Below are positions 24,148 through 36,237 of a DNA stretch of 64,000 bases, piece after piece (within the stretch, counting starts at the first letter, position 1; every line of letters starts with the position of its first letter). The stretch comes from Haliotis cracherodii. Its lineage: Eukaryota. The DNA lies in the NCBI RefSeq assembly GCF_022045235.1, contig NW_027266264.1, positions 67,394,001 to 67,458,000 on the forward strand. The letters are read 5' to 3'. The notes below the pieces were generated by a model. It made no database searches. It had not been told where the DNA came from and saw only the letters and a list, made by a program, of their open reading frames with translations. The translations under genes and the position numbers were made by a program.

Positions 24148-24875
24148 ATGCCACGACCAAATGAAGCACAGAGGAACAACGTCTTCGAAAGAATAAAAAC
24201 AGATCAATCGCCAGGAGAATATTCACATGGCTACGTCTGTTGTGTTAAATGAGGAGACCACCATCCTCTACAACAGCAGCAATCCCAGAATTGCGAAGGC
24301 TATTTAACCAGGAAGTGAGGAACCGTGAGACGGGTCTCAAAACCAAGTGCCCTGTCTCAGGTGTTGTCTTCACACAGCAACGCCGTCAACAGCTTCGCCA
24401 ATGTATCAAGCACGCAGATTGTATAAAAATTATTGTATCACACTGCGGCCATATCTCTACGAGAGGTCGGAAGATTGGTCGGGGGCAGCGAAATAACATA
24501 GGTGGTATTACGACACACTAGTAAAACAAATCTTGAAGGAGAACATGTCACATTAACAGTACAACGCCCTTGTAAGAAAATCATCCAGCCGCACGTTGTT
24601 CACATTATGCACTGCGTAAGCGTAATCTTTCAACACCACAATGCAAGAAGCATACATCACGTGTAACAAGAGCAGTCCTGCGGCACCACAATGTACAGGG
24701 CCTCCCGTTGCATCGTAAATCGCCAGAGCTAATCCAGTTGAACACCTACATGTATAGGACGAGTGGGATCGCCGAGTACGACACAAATAATGAAACAGCA
24801 GCATATGTTCGAAATGCCGAGATGATTGACGTTCCCCAACGTGTGATGCATACTTATTTCGTGCATTAGCACGCT
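24148..24875 (+). mobile_element. Degraded Tc1 transposon remnant
   Basis: Starts MPRPNEAQRNN and retains fragments of Tc1-like coding sequence; heavily decayed. Confidence 0.55.
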
Positions 24876-24979
24876 AAGGACGGATACACGAGATCCGGAG
24901 TTTCCATGACTTTGATCTTTTTTCTTTTTAGGAACACTGGTAAAATCCTCCATCGTTTAACAAAAAAAGCAGCGTCAGT

Positions 24980-25220
24980 CTTGACTAATGTAATAGCTTA
25001 CTTAGCGGTATCAAAGACGAGCATGCAAAAACTTTGGCGTCTGCAAAACACTGCAGCTCATATTGCTTCTTGATCACCTAAGTCAGCTCATGTATCTCCA
25101 TTGCTGAACTCTCTGCACTGGCTTTGAATAGATGTAAGAGTGGATGTTAAACTCATGTTAATACAGCATCCGAAATATCTCTCATATAGGATTGAACTCA
25201 ACAGCCCATCCAGGTCAACA
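24980..25220 (+). mobile_element. L2/CR1-group LINE ORF2 remnant
   Basis: Decayed LD*CNSLLSGI...RLQNTAA...HVSPLLNSLHWL. Confidence 0.6.
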
Positions 25221-25769
25221 ACAACCGCTTGGTGTACCCACGTGGAAATTGAAAACGTTTTGTTTCTTGTCATGCAAGGAGCATTAAAATGGGACTCTCT
25301 TCCGAGGGAACTGTAATAACCAAAATAAGTTTATATTTAGAGAAACATTCGATATATCTTGCTTTGTTTGAGGATGGAGTATATTATTTTAGTTATACCA
25401 CGGCGTGGAAGTTTAACGTGAGGTCGTTATGAGGTCCTCATCCACGTCCGTGAAACCTAGGAGCATAGTTTGATGGGGACACGCCAAGTCTGTACAGCTT
25501 AGTACAGCTTTTCATTTCAGCTGCCACGCTGAACCAGAATCAGTATGTCAGTGCACACTTCTTATCAATTGGAGTTAAATATTCATACAGGGCACGTTTT
25601 GACACGTGACGAATTTATTATCTAGACGTGTTCACAATTAATTTACAAAGAAGAATTTTCGGTGAAATATGTTTGTGTGGCAGTGTTAGGCCTATCTTGT
25701 GACAGCTAATGGAATGGTAATGGTTGCTCAAAATGTGAACAGTGTCAATTATGACGTGACAAGCAAATA

Positions 25770-25895
25770 TACTGAACACAATTAGGTTGGGGATCAAGCA
25801 TTTTGGGGGAAAATTTTAAATGAATTGTGTTCTCAGTCTTAACTACAATAATATCTCTAAAAATATTCACGATCCCTCACTTATTTCGTTCAGTT
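25770..25895. mobile_element. Short MITE with Tc1-like TIRs
   Basis: tactgaacacaattaggttggggatc ... gatccctcacttatttcgttcagt. Ends resemble those of the Tc1 at 54639. Confidence 0.45.
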
Positions 25896-26816
25896 TACTT
25901 GGTGTTTGTCCGTGATATTGTGCAGTAGCCTTCGATGATCGATCTCAGGCAGGACTAATGTTGAAAATAGAGGGAGTATACTACTTACATTCACTTAGAT
26001 ACTTAGTTGTATCAAAGTAATGCACACATTTCGGCATTATAAATGTTAAGATCAACAATAAAAAAACGAAGCATTCTGTCATCGCATTCTGACAATATTA
26101 TCGCCGCAGTTCTTGCAAATGAGGGTAGAGTAGCCTCCCTTTGGCCAAGCGGACAGTCGCCGGAAATTTCCACCTCATTATTGTCAACCGAATAAACACT
26201 ATTTCGTAAATCCTGCTGCTCCAATATTGGTATTGTTTAACGATAAATGCTACACTACTTTTAAAAAGGCAGACCATCTGCAGGCTCGTGTAAAATCTTT
26301 CGCGATCCCATCAACAGTGTTCAATATTATGAAACGACAATTTTCCTTTGAATGCCAATGTCTTCAAATAGATTATATCCATAGCTTAGATATTCTAAAC
26401 AAGTACTTGGAAACAACTATTTTATCATATATTTCGACTTGTACAATATGTTCCTTATTTTTTGTTTTCAGCTGTCAACAATTGATTTGCCTTTGCATGC
26501 GTTTGTGACCGGTGGGGAAGGATAGGCTCACGCTTTCGCGAACACCTCGTATCATTATTATTGATGGTAATTCATAACCACAGGATCATGATATAGTAGG
26601 AATCCTACAGTATGATAACGGAAAGGGTTCTCTCCTCATAGTTACATTGGATTCACCTTCGTCTTCATGCATGAAATACACGCGGAAATAAGTCCGTATA
26701 TAGTAAATCACTGTTTGAATAGTTCCTTTGAAAAACGTCAAAAGCAGCTTCAAAATCCCTTTAAACTGAAGGTTCCATAGTCCATTAATAATTCCTCAGA
26801 TTCCATTCATACAGTA

Positions 26817-26975
26817 GTGAGTGAGTGATTATGGTTTAACGCTGCTTTTGGCAATATTCCAGCGATATCACGGCGGGGGACACCTGAAATGGGCTTCACA
26901 CATTGTACCCATGTCGGGAATCGAACCAGGGTCTTCGGCGTGACCACTTTAACCACTAGGCTACCCGACCGCCCC
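26817..26975 (-). mobile_element. SINE family A
   Basis: TSD attcatacagta. Confidence 0.85.
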
Positions 26976-28017
26976 TTATTCATACAGTAAATGCTCATAA
27001 CGCTGCAACTCAGTGTGCACTCAAAGTCCATTCTCATCCTCTTTCATTAAGGGCCGGGTCGGGCGGCTACATTGCTTGTCATGATTGCAGAGAAAAACAA
27101 GTTTCATTTACTCACTCGTTCAAATATTACACATGCAAGTAGGCAGATGGGACAGTCCCTTTACAATTCAAAATCCACCTCAAGTTTGCGCCACGTCGTA
27201 CGTCTAAAAACTAGGTACCTAACTACAACCTGTACTCTTGTTTGTTCGTTATTGTCATGGTTACAGTGAAGGAGTGAAAACAAGCTAATATTGGTATCCC
27301 AGACAATTTTTTCCTTTATTTGTCGAACAAATTTGAAAATCAATACATACAAACACGTTTACATATAAGTAAGAACGACGACGCATTCGTCCTATATTGT
27401 AATCTCGAAAGTTGATATATTCATTTCAATGTTAGGTATGAGTATATATGCATCTAATGGAACATGTATAATAATAGCATGTATCTTTAACAGCACAAAA
27501 CATCCCAGAGCGAAAGAGACCAACACAATAGTCAGGAAAATATCAGGAAATTGAAACAAATCAGAAACCGCTGATCCTGAGGAGGAAACTCTATGTGGGT
27601 AAACACTAAAACGCATGCTCTTGAATATAAAAAGCGGATTATATTCATCTAGTTGTCACCTCTTTCCGTGATGACTGCATAGTGTTGAGTGTGACTCATC
27701 ATTGTCTTTTGGGTATGGTTTTTTTAAAGTGTATCACAATATTTTACGACGGCCAGGCCCGTATTGCGATCCATATCACCATATATTTTGAATTCAGAAT
27801 CAATTTAGAACAACAGTTTATGAATTTAAGTTCGTAAATGGAACAAAACAAGATAATGGTACAACATAATGTTTATTCATTCAATAAATATGCACACGCC
27901 GGATTTAGTGTTTACTGACATACGAATATTGCCCTCTGAAATCATCCGATATATCGAGCATTTAAGGATGATATTGTGATAGGTATCGTGGAGGGAGTGA
28001 ACCTCAATATACCGATA

Positions 28018-28193
28018 GGGGCGGTCGGGTAGCCTAGTTGTTAAAGAGTTCGCAAGACACGCCGAAGACCCGGGTTCGATTCCCGACATGGGTACAATGT
28101 ATGAAGCCCATTTCTGGTGTCCTCCCGCCGTGATATTGCTGGAATATTGCTAAAAGCGGCGTAAAACCATTCTCACTCACTCACTCACTCACT
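28018..28193 (+). mobile_element. SINE family A
   Basis: Full length, (ACTC)n tail, TSD caatataccgata. Confidence 0.9.
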
Positions 28194-28619
28194 CAATATA
28201 CCGATAATACCGCACACCCTTATGGCCTACCGTGCCATGCTGCTGCGGGTTATTTGGAGTGACGACTTATTATTTGGTCTTTGCAAGGCATTTAGAAGTG
28301 ATTCACATAAGGAAGAGAATATATGGATATCAACTTCTTTATTATGAGGAACGCAACATTTCGGAGTATATGCTTACTCCTTCATCAGATGAATGAATGC
28401 CATAAGGCAGAGAGAATAAGGACAACAAATTAATAAAATAAAAAAGGTGGAAAATAACAAAGGGTAATCAGCGCTGATGGTATGGAAGCCAGTACTTAAG
28501 TTATCATAGATAAGTAATAGGTAAGGGACACTTGGCAAACGGGACGCCAGGGGTAATTAGCACTGATAGGTGAAAGAATGGACATAGCAACGGGCAAATT
28601 GCAGCCAGCTTGGTAATTA

Positions 28620-29262
28620 GTGGTGAGTGTGTCTGAGGGGTGTGTGTCAGTGTGGGTGAGATTGTGTGTATGTTGGTGAGTGAGTTTGTATGTATATGTG
28701 GCTGGGTGAGAGTATGAGCGTGTATGTTTGTTAGTGAGTGTGTATGTATGTGTGTGTGTGAGTGAGTGTGTGTGTATGTTTGTTGGTGAGTGTTTGTGTG
28801 TATGTTTATGGGTGAGTGTGTGTGTGTGTATGTTTGTGAGTGTGTGTGCATGTTTGTGAGTGTGTATGTAGGGGTGTCGGAGGGGTGTGTGTATGTTTTT
28901 GAGTGAGTTTGTTTGAATGTGTGTGGGTGAGTGTGTATGTATGTTTGTGGATGAGTGAGTGTGTGTATGTTTGTTAGTGAGAATGTGTGTGTGTATGTGT
29001 ATGTTTGCGAATGAGTGTGTGTATGTGTTTGTTTGNNNNNNNNNNNNNNNNNNNNNNNNNNNNNNNNNNNNNNNNNNNNNNNNNNNNNNNNNNNNNNNNN
29101 NNNNNNNNNNNNNNNNNNNNNNNNNNNNNNNNNNNNNNNNNNNNNNNNNNNNNNNNNNNNNNNNNNNNNNNNNNNNNNNNNNNNGTGTATGTTCGTGTGT
29201 GTGCACAGGCGTGTGTGTGTGTGTGTGTGTGTGTGCGTGTATGTTCGTGTGTGTGCGCAGGC

Positions 29263-29293
<31 letters not shown>

Positions 29294-29345
29294 CTTGTGT
29301 TCGTGTGTGTGCGCGGGCGTGTGTGTGTGTAGCATGCGCATGTGT
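28620..29345. repeat. TG-rich compound microsatellite spanning an assembly gap (N run ~29036-29184)
   Basis: (TG)n/(TGAG)n/(TATG)n mosaic; it accounts for the His/Thr- and Cys/Val-rich spurious ORFs. Confidence 0.95.
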
Positions 29346-29642
29346 TACATGAGGTGTCTCAATAGGCAAAGGACAGACATGGTCTTGATTTCATACCTGA
29401 AATCGAAATCAGTATTAACGTTAATTAAACAAAGTAAACCCAAATGTTTTTGTCATATGCGAATTCCACCGCGAGAACTGTGAGGAGAATTTATTATACA
29501 CAGGGAAATTAATTTCCTAAAGAAGCATTTGACCCACAAACACGAATTGTGAAAGCAGAATCTACATGTAATATGAGTCATATCATTCAGTCATGAACCA
29601 AGAGATCTTCATTTTGAAGCCAACAATAACGCATATAGGGAA

Positions 29643-32600
29643 TCAGCAGTTGACTTCTTCGTAGTCGGAACTACCTGAACAGTGCCGAACTTCTCGGCGA
29701 TTACCATCCCCCATTGTGACCCGGCTACAGGGCATCTCATATCCATCTGCGATGACTGAATAGTACGGTTCCTCCCAATCACACGGTTCCAGGTGTATTC
29801 CTGGTCGATAGTGAACCACTGGTTGATCAACAGGACTCAGATAACTTGCTTCGTTCTCATTACACGCGCAGGACGTCCTGAAAAAGTATGGATTACAAAC
29901 GAATATTATGTCTATTAAGTTAAACGTCAAAGGACAAACGTAGCTGCAACAATGCACGCCTCTATTACCCTATACGCCACGTGGACTAAAGTACACTACA
30001 CGTTGGTAGTGATGGGTTCATATTCTTGAATATGACACCGTTTGACTTTTTGTTCAGCTTGCTAAATATGCGCCGCTAATCCTAGGTGTGAACAAGACAA
30101 ATATGTATATTTAGGTACCTTCTGAAGAAAGAAATAGATCCAGAAACGATGACGATCGCGAAAATAGCACAAACAAATAGAAGTGCAGTAACATTCCAGC
30201 TGGAATGGACCTTTTCTGTAACAGAAAAAAAGAAGTAAAAAATCGCATTGTTGTTAAACAAACACAAGTCAATGTGACTGATACTGTTGTGGATGCTTGC
30301 CGTGCTTACATTACTTAGGTGCTGTTACAAGTCTCAACATGAACTTTAAGTTTAAGTCGGAATCGTACAATGAATAATGGTTTCTCATGATTATAAAAAT
30401 TCTTTAGTGTCTTTAAGTTTAAGAACTCTTCCACTTGATCCATTTTGACTATTTTCTGTCTAAATGAGACAATTAGTCGTGTCGGGGATTCAACTTAATA
30501 GCATTATATGTACATCTAAATCATGTTATGTTATAAAAGTCGTGAAGGGGTGGTAGATTTCCGTGATTCATACATGGGAATTTGATTTGAAACCAGTGCC
30601 GTCAGCCAATACGTTATCGGTAGTATGGGGTGTTTGTACCTGTGCACGAATCCCCTTTCCATCCGCTCCTACAGGACATGCAAACTCCGCCCTCCTTGTG
30701 ACATACTCTACAGTTACCAGGACACGGATGAGAGCAGTCATCCATGTACACTCCCTCCTCGCAACCCACTGTGCAGCTACCGTTCTTATCACACAGTGTC
30801 CCCAAACATCCCTGGCTGCAGTTCCTTACACACTCTGGGCCGTACAAACCCGGGTCACATTCAGTACACGCTCCTGTGGATCTGTTACACCTTTGACAGC
30901 CTCGAGGACACGAGTGTTCACAGTAGGAACCCCATCTTCCCTCCGAGCAATCAGTGATGCAAGTAATACTATCTGTATTCACATCTAACTTGTGACACAT
31001 TTGTTGAGGACAGTCTGCACTGCAATTGTTCTCACAATGTCTTCCAAATGTGTTAAGTGTGCATCCCTGCACACAGAGGGCACTTGTCTGCTCACATATT
31101 TCACCACGACATCCCGGAGAACACGTTGCATTACAATGAGCACCATAGTAGCCTGCTTCGCATCCATTGGTACAAACCCCTGTCAGTTTGTCACAGTCAC
31201 GTCTACAGTTCTGGCATCTACCGTCACAAAACAAACCAAAGTATTTATTTGTACACAGGCATGCACCATCGACATCACACTTGTTCTGTGAACACCCTTC
31301 ACTGCAAAACTGACGACAACGAGTCCCGTACCTGCCATTCCGGCAAGCGGTACACGTGCCGGTGTCCTGGTGACAAGCAGTGCAGTTCCTCTGTGGACAT
31401 TCATCAACGCATCTGTCTCCCATGTAGCCATCCAGACAGGGTGTGCAGGCTCCAGTAAGCACATGACAACGATTGTTTAAACAATGCTCTGAACATTTGT
31501 GGATACAAGTAGGGCCGTAATATCCGACTTTGCATCCTCCACTGCAGTTTCCACCGCTTTGATGACATTGATTGTTTTTACAATTCGTTGGACATCTTTT
31601 CAAACAATTCGGACCGTAGTACCCAACCTTGCATCCGCCCTTGCACCTTCCACCATGCTGATGACAGCGGTTGTGTTGACATCCATGGCTACAATGATCT
31701 CGGCAAAATCCACCAGAAAATCCTGCCTCGCACCCGGAGGAACACCTTCCGTCGCGATCGTTACATTTCCCAAGCAGACACGTGGCGCCACAGCTGTTCT
31801 CACACTGTTGCCCCCAAGTTTTCGACGCACAGGTGCGCACGCATTGGTTATCTTTGCATTGGATGTGCGCACATTTCTCACAGTAACACTGGCTGTCACG
31901 GACACATTGCTTATCACATCGTTCACCGTGAAGTCCATTCTCACACCTCTCTCGACGACATGCGTAGATGCACGTTTCAAGGCTCTCTGTAAGGTTAGGA
32001 TACTGGGTTAGGTGCTAATTACTGTATTTTGCAATTAAACTCATCCCGTAATCACATCAGTAAACAAATATTACCGTATTTCCTCCATTAGACGCCTAGA
32101 CGTATACTAATTTCGCGCAAGCCGGTGACCCTGCGTGTATCAGAGGCCCGGCGTCTATTCTGTTTTATGCTGGCTCAGTGACTCACTACCTTACCAAAGC
32201 CCAAATTATGCAGTCATCTAAAGGGTACATTTGCGGGAAATAGTCATTCATTTGTTAATCACCAGCATTTCACACCATTCGAGACCCGGCGTCTAATAGA
32301 GACCCGGCTTCTATTTTTTGGACAGAACATATGACCCTGCGTCTATTCGAGGCCGGCGTGTGTTGGAGGTTCGGCGTCTAATAGAGGAAGTAGGTATTTA
32401 ACGTCGTCACAAGAGGTGAATATGAAAGTGTGTCACTTAAGTTGTATGGAAGAATTATTGCTCAGTTTGTTCTATAAATCTACTCACATCACGTACAGTA
32501 CTTGCCAAAAGTAATGGATTTGGTTTGGTTTGTTGTTTAACTCCACACGCAGCAATATTCGAGCTACATGGTAGCGGTCTGTAAATAATCGAGTCTGGAC

Positions 32601-34768
32601 CAAACAATCCAGTGATTGACAACATGAGCATCGATCCACGCAATTGGGACCGATGACTTGAATCAACCAAGTCACCGAGCCTGACCACCCGATCCCGTTA
32701 GTCGCCTTTTACGACAAGCGTAGTCGCCTTTTACGGCAAGCGTGGATTGCTGAAGACCTATTCTACCCCGGATCTTCACGGGCCTCAAACGTAATGGAAA
32801 ATCTCATTAAATATAAATAGCAAAATCATTTATTGTTGTCGTTTGTGGTTTCTATATCCGCTATCAAATGCAAGGCTGTCTTTTCCAAAATGTCCAACAG
32901 TATCTCAAATTTCAGGAATCACCAACAGTTTCACTTTGTTATACGAACAACATTTCATCCAAGTTCAACTTTAGAAAAGTGTTGCAGAACGTAGTCTTGG
33001 CAGCTCGTGATGTAAATTCCGCTACAGGTGGCTGCCATGATACTGCTACCAACATGTTGGTCATAAAATCACAGGTGTCTTTCTCTGTTGTTGACAATAA
33101 CAACCTCAGTCAGTTATCGAAATATGGACCAAAATATTGTGAGCATCTTCAAACAAATCGGGATAACACTTTTAAGATCATTAGGCTTCCTGTCCAAGTA
33201 TATGAAAGAAATGGGTCAAAATAAAAGATGAACGTGTTGAATGTCTTTCAGGGTGCGTTCAGTCAGAGAGTGATAATAACCAACTGCAAAATAGGAAACA
33301 GAAGTGACCCAGGCAACTGCCATACACAGTCTGGTTGCCCTGCATTCACGTTTGTAGTGTCCCCTCCAGCATAGCCTCGAATAACATAACTATTATATGT
33401 AATCATCACTACATTATATGGTTTTAAATCAAAGAACTTGGTATAAATTACATATCAAATGATGCCACATATAAGGCTAGCATGTTTACTGAGGAATCCG
33501 ACTCGTGAAGATCCGGGGTAGAATAGGTCTTAAGCAACCCATGCTTGCCGTAAAAGGCGACTATGCTTGTCGTAAGAGGCGACTAACAGGATCGGGCGGT
33601 CAGGCTCGCTGACTTGGTTGAAGCATGTCATCGATCCCAATTGTCACTGATCACTGGATTGTCTAGTCCAGACTCGATTATTTACAGACCGCCGTCATAT
33701 AGCTGGAATATTGCTGAGTGCATCGTTAAACAACAAACCAACCAACCAGCTGAGGAAGCCATCTGCCAAAAAACACGCATCTCAAAGATTAACCATAATC
33801 CTTATTCAATTTGAATTCAGGAAGAACGTTCTATATATTCACAGAAAAAAGGTATTTGTGGAATTAATTGAACTTGAATTCTTTCAAACGTTTTGTACTC
33901 CACTATTCCACAAGGCTAACTTCAGTCCTTGATGCATGGGGCGTTTGTCATTGAATGTGTTAACGATATATATAGTTTCATCTCTATCTCAAAGATTCAG
34001 AACGAAAATGGAAGCAAATGTACGTGTCATCTTAAGTTTACTGAGAAAACTATATGTGAAATGAAGGACTTTCTCATTGATAACATGTAAGTGAAATGTG
34101 GCGATAAGACACTTAGGCGAGAATTAGGCATCTCCCTGCGCACCGTGCTCCCTTCTTGCTGACGAAGATGAATCGGAATTTCTGGTCGGATTGGCCAAAT
34201 CAAAACAATGGAATTTGGCAAAGAAGTTAAACTTCAGCTTCAGGTATATCAATGTTCGGATAGCATTTCACTGATTTACCCACCTGAACTTTAAATAAAT
34301 AATTAAAAAAAAACCATATCAATTAAACTAATTTAAAAAAGTTTAATTATGGAAGTTTCTTGGGTCTTTATAAGGCACAGTTATAAAGAAATGATACAGC
34401 GCGTGATGAAATAATGTATTGCATATTTTAAATCAGATAGAATAGTCAATTTCACTGATGAGGTGTCAGGTATCGGTTATAAAATGACATAGGTTTCGGA
34501 GAATGTCAACGTTAACCTTATGTTTGACGTGGTATCACGCTGTAGTAACAATCCTGCAATAATACCGCAGGGGAAATAAGAAAGGATCTTCACACACTAT
34601 ACGGAAACCACTCACGGGAACTAGTAATGCAGTACTCTCAATCGACTTCCTATGAAAACGTTACAAGTAAAAGGCTATTCCAATATCTTATAAACATATA
34701 TAGACGCCCTTACCATAAATGCAACAAGCAGCCAATGCCGTCACAATGCAGTAACACCTAAAAGCCAT
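29643..34768 (-). CDS. MEGF10/11/SCARF (CED-1)-like multiple EGF-like-repeat type I membrane protein (~577 aa)
   Basis: Exons: 34714-34768 (signal peptide MAFRCYCIVTALAACCIY, context acaacATGG, G|GTAAG donor); 30640-31986 (repeats of C..GxxGxxC...C...C....C....GxC); 30119-30215 (TM: ALLFVCAIFAIVIVSGSISFF-RR); 29643-29877 (tail with YLSP, YYSVI, YEMP, SDYEEV). Phases are consistent. Confidence 0.88.
32074..32394. mobile_element. pogo-like MITE in intron 1 of the MEGF-like gene
   Basis: TA flanks; TIR ccgtatttcctccattagacgcc / ggcgtctaatagaggaagtagg; internal GGCGTCTA repeats. Confidence 0.75.
32520..32783 (-). mobile_element. SINE-like family B
   Basis: Reverse-strand copy of 52251-52530. 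Confidence 0.8.
33501..33748 (+). mobile_element. SINE-like family B
   Basis: Contains TGCTTGTCGTAAGAGGCGACTAA; (AACC)n tail. Confidence 0.8.
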
Positions 34769-34818
34769 GTTGTCTCAATGACTGTCATCGATGGTTATGA
34801 AGCAGCTGGTTGAATCAT

Positions 34819-34896
34819 TTTCCGGTTGGCCAGCTATATATATTTTGAGTAATACTATCATAAGTGTACAACCGGGTAAAATGTTAATACTTCCGT
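34819..34896 (-). promoter_or_regulatory. Candidate core promoter of the MEGF-like gene (TATA-like element plus two ETS-like GGAA sites)
   Basis: TATATATAG ~65 nt upstream of the ATG, flanked by ACCGGAAA and ACGGAAGT on the minus strand. Motif match only. Confidence 0.3.
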
Positions 34897-35273
34897 AAGT
34901 TAAGTAGTAGTTTGCTAACAATATCAGAGATACGTTATTAATACAATATAACTATTATCATTTGTCCGCGGTGATGCTGAAGTTGTCAGTTCTTTTTACA
35001 GTTTATTTTTTGTATGACAGCATTGCTTTACAGTTAGCCAACTGTAGCAACGTAACTGATACATCATGTTCATTTTTTCGAGAAAGTGTTCTATATATCG
35101 GGAGCATAAACAAGATAAAACTCTTTGATATTCCTTAATTTTAAACCCTAGCTTTGCCAAACATATTTAAAATGTCTTGGAAGATTGCCAACTCGCTCAT
35201 GATCGTGACCTTTGTAGAACAATAACGGAATTGGAAATAAACAATGTGCATATAAATCATTTCATAAAAAATG

Positions 35274-35339
35274 AGGTGAAGTGAGATGGGGTTTAACGTC
35301 GCGTCCAAGATTATTGCACTTATATAACGACGTGCGTGT

Positions 35340-35374
<35 letters not shown>

Positions 35375-35610
35375 GATTTATGGTGCTAGCTCACTGAGAT
35401 ACCATGCCGCAGTTTATCATGAATACCCCACTCAGTCACAGTATACTGACTCCGAGCCGACCAGTCCTTGTTTTAGCCCCTTAATGCCCAGTGCCAGACA
35501 GGGTAACAACAAGTACCATCTTTTAACGTCTTTAGGTATGACGCGGCCGGGGATCGAACCCCGGACCTCTCTCCGGGCGGACGCTCTAACACTAGACCAC
35601 GGAGGCGGTC
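35274..35610 (-). mobile_element. V-SINE-like element (family C) with internal (CA)n
   Basis: tRNA head GACCGCCTCCGTGGTCTAGTG...GGTTCGATCCC followed by a V-domain-like TCATACC-AAAGAC...ATGGTAC...CTGGC-CT-GGCATTAAG. Confidence 0.78.
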
Positions 35611-36237
35611 TCATATAAAAGTGATACGGGTATGAACATAATTTTACGGCAGGCACCAACTGTCAAGAGCCATAGTCTCCAGATCCTACTTCTTGGTGGT
35701 TCACATCCGCATAAAAACTTCACCTGAAATCGAGTGATTTCGATATGATGCCGCTCTGTCCACTGTGTCAGCTTAATGTTGAGGAAAGCCCTGAGATGAA
35801 GGTCTTAGACATTTACTACTTTGTGAAAACCACATGCACGGGTATAGCGCTGTCAAAACAAGTGCGAAAGAGGGGTTCGAACACTTGATCATTGCATCCT
35901 GTCGCGACTTTCTAACTGGGCACTGGATGGCCATATGTGTATGGGCAGTGCGTTGATTAGTGGCCACACACATCGTGTGTGTTTAATCAGGCCTACCTAT
36001 GAAAACCAGTAGAGAGCAACCAAATTAAATATAGTCCACAGTTTGGTTGCTCTCTGCTGAATATCATTTGTAGGTCTGTTAGTACCATGATTGAAAACAC
36101 AAAACTGAACTCACCATGAACATCTATTATTTTTATTTTACATGTATAATTGCATGATTTGTGTACATAAAAGTGCTTTCAGATTTACAGTTGGGCCTCT
36201 ACATCTAGGTCCAAGTTGGATGAATGGATTCAAGATC

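Noticed and set aside
28018-28092. tRNA-like sequences at SINE heads (many copies)
   Set aside because: They continue into SINE bodies with tails and TSDs, so they are not tRNA genes.
28496-29483. Long His/Thr- and Cys/Val-rich ORFs
   Set aside because: Translations of a TG/CA microsatellite across an N gap.
30563-32011. Several 100-170 aa plus-strand ORFs
   Set aside because: Antisense shadows of the Cys-rich EGF exon; no recognisable motifs.
33280-33323. Alternative first exon for the MEGF-like gene (MAVAWVTSVSYFAV)
   Set aside because: Weak donor (GTTATT); 34714-34768 has a better start context, donor and signal peptide.
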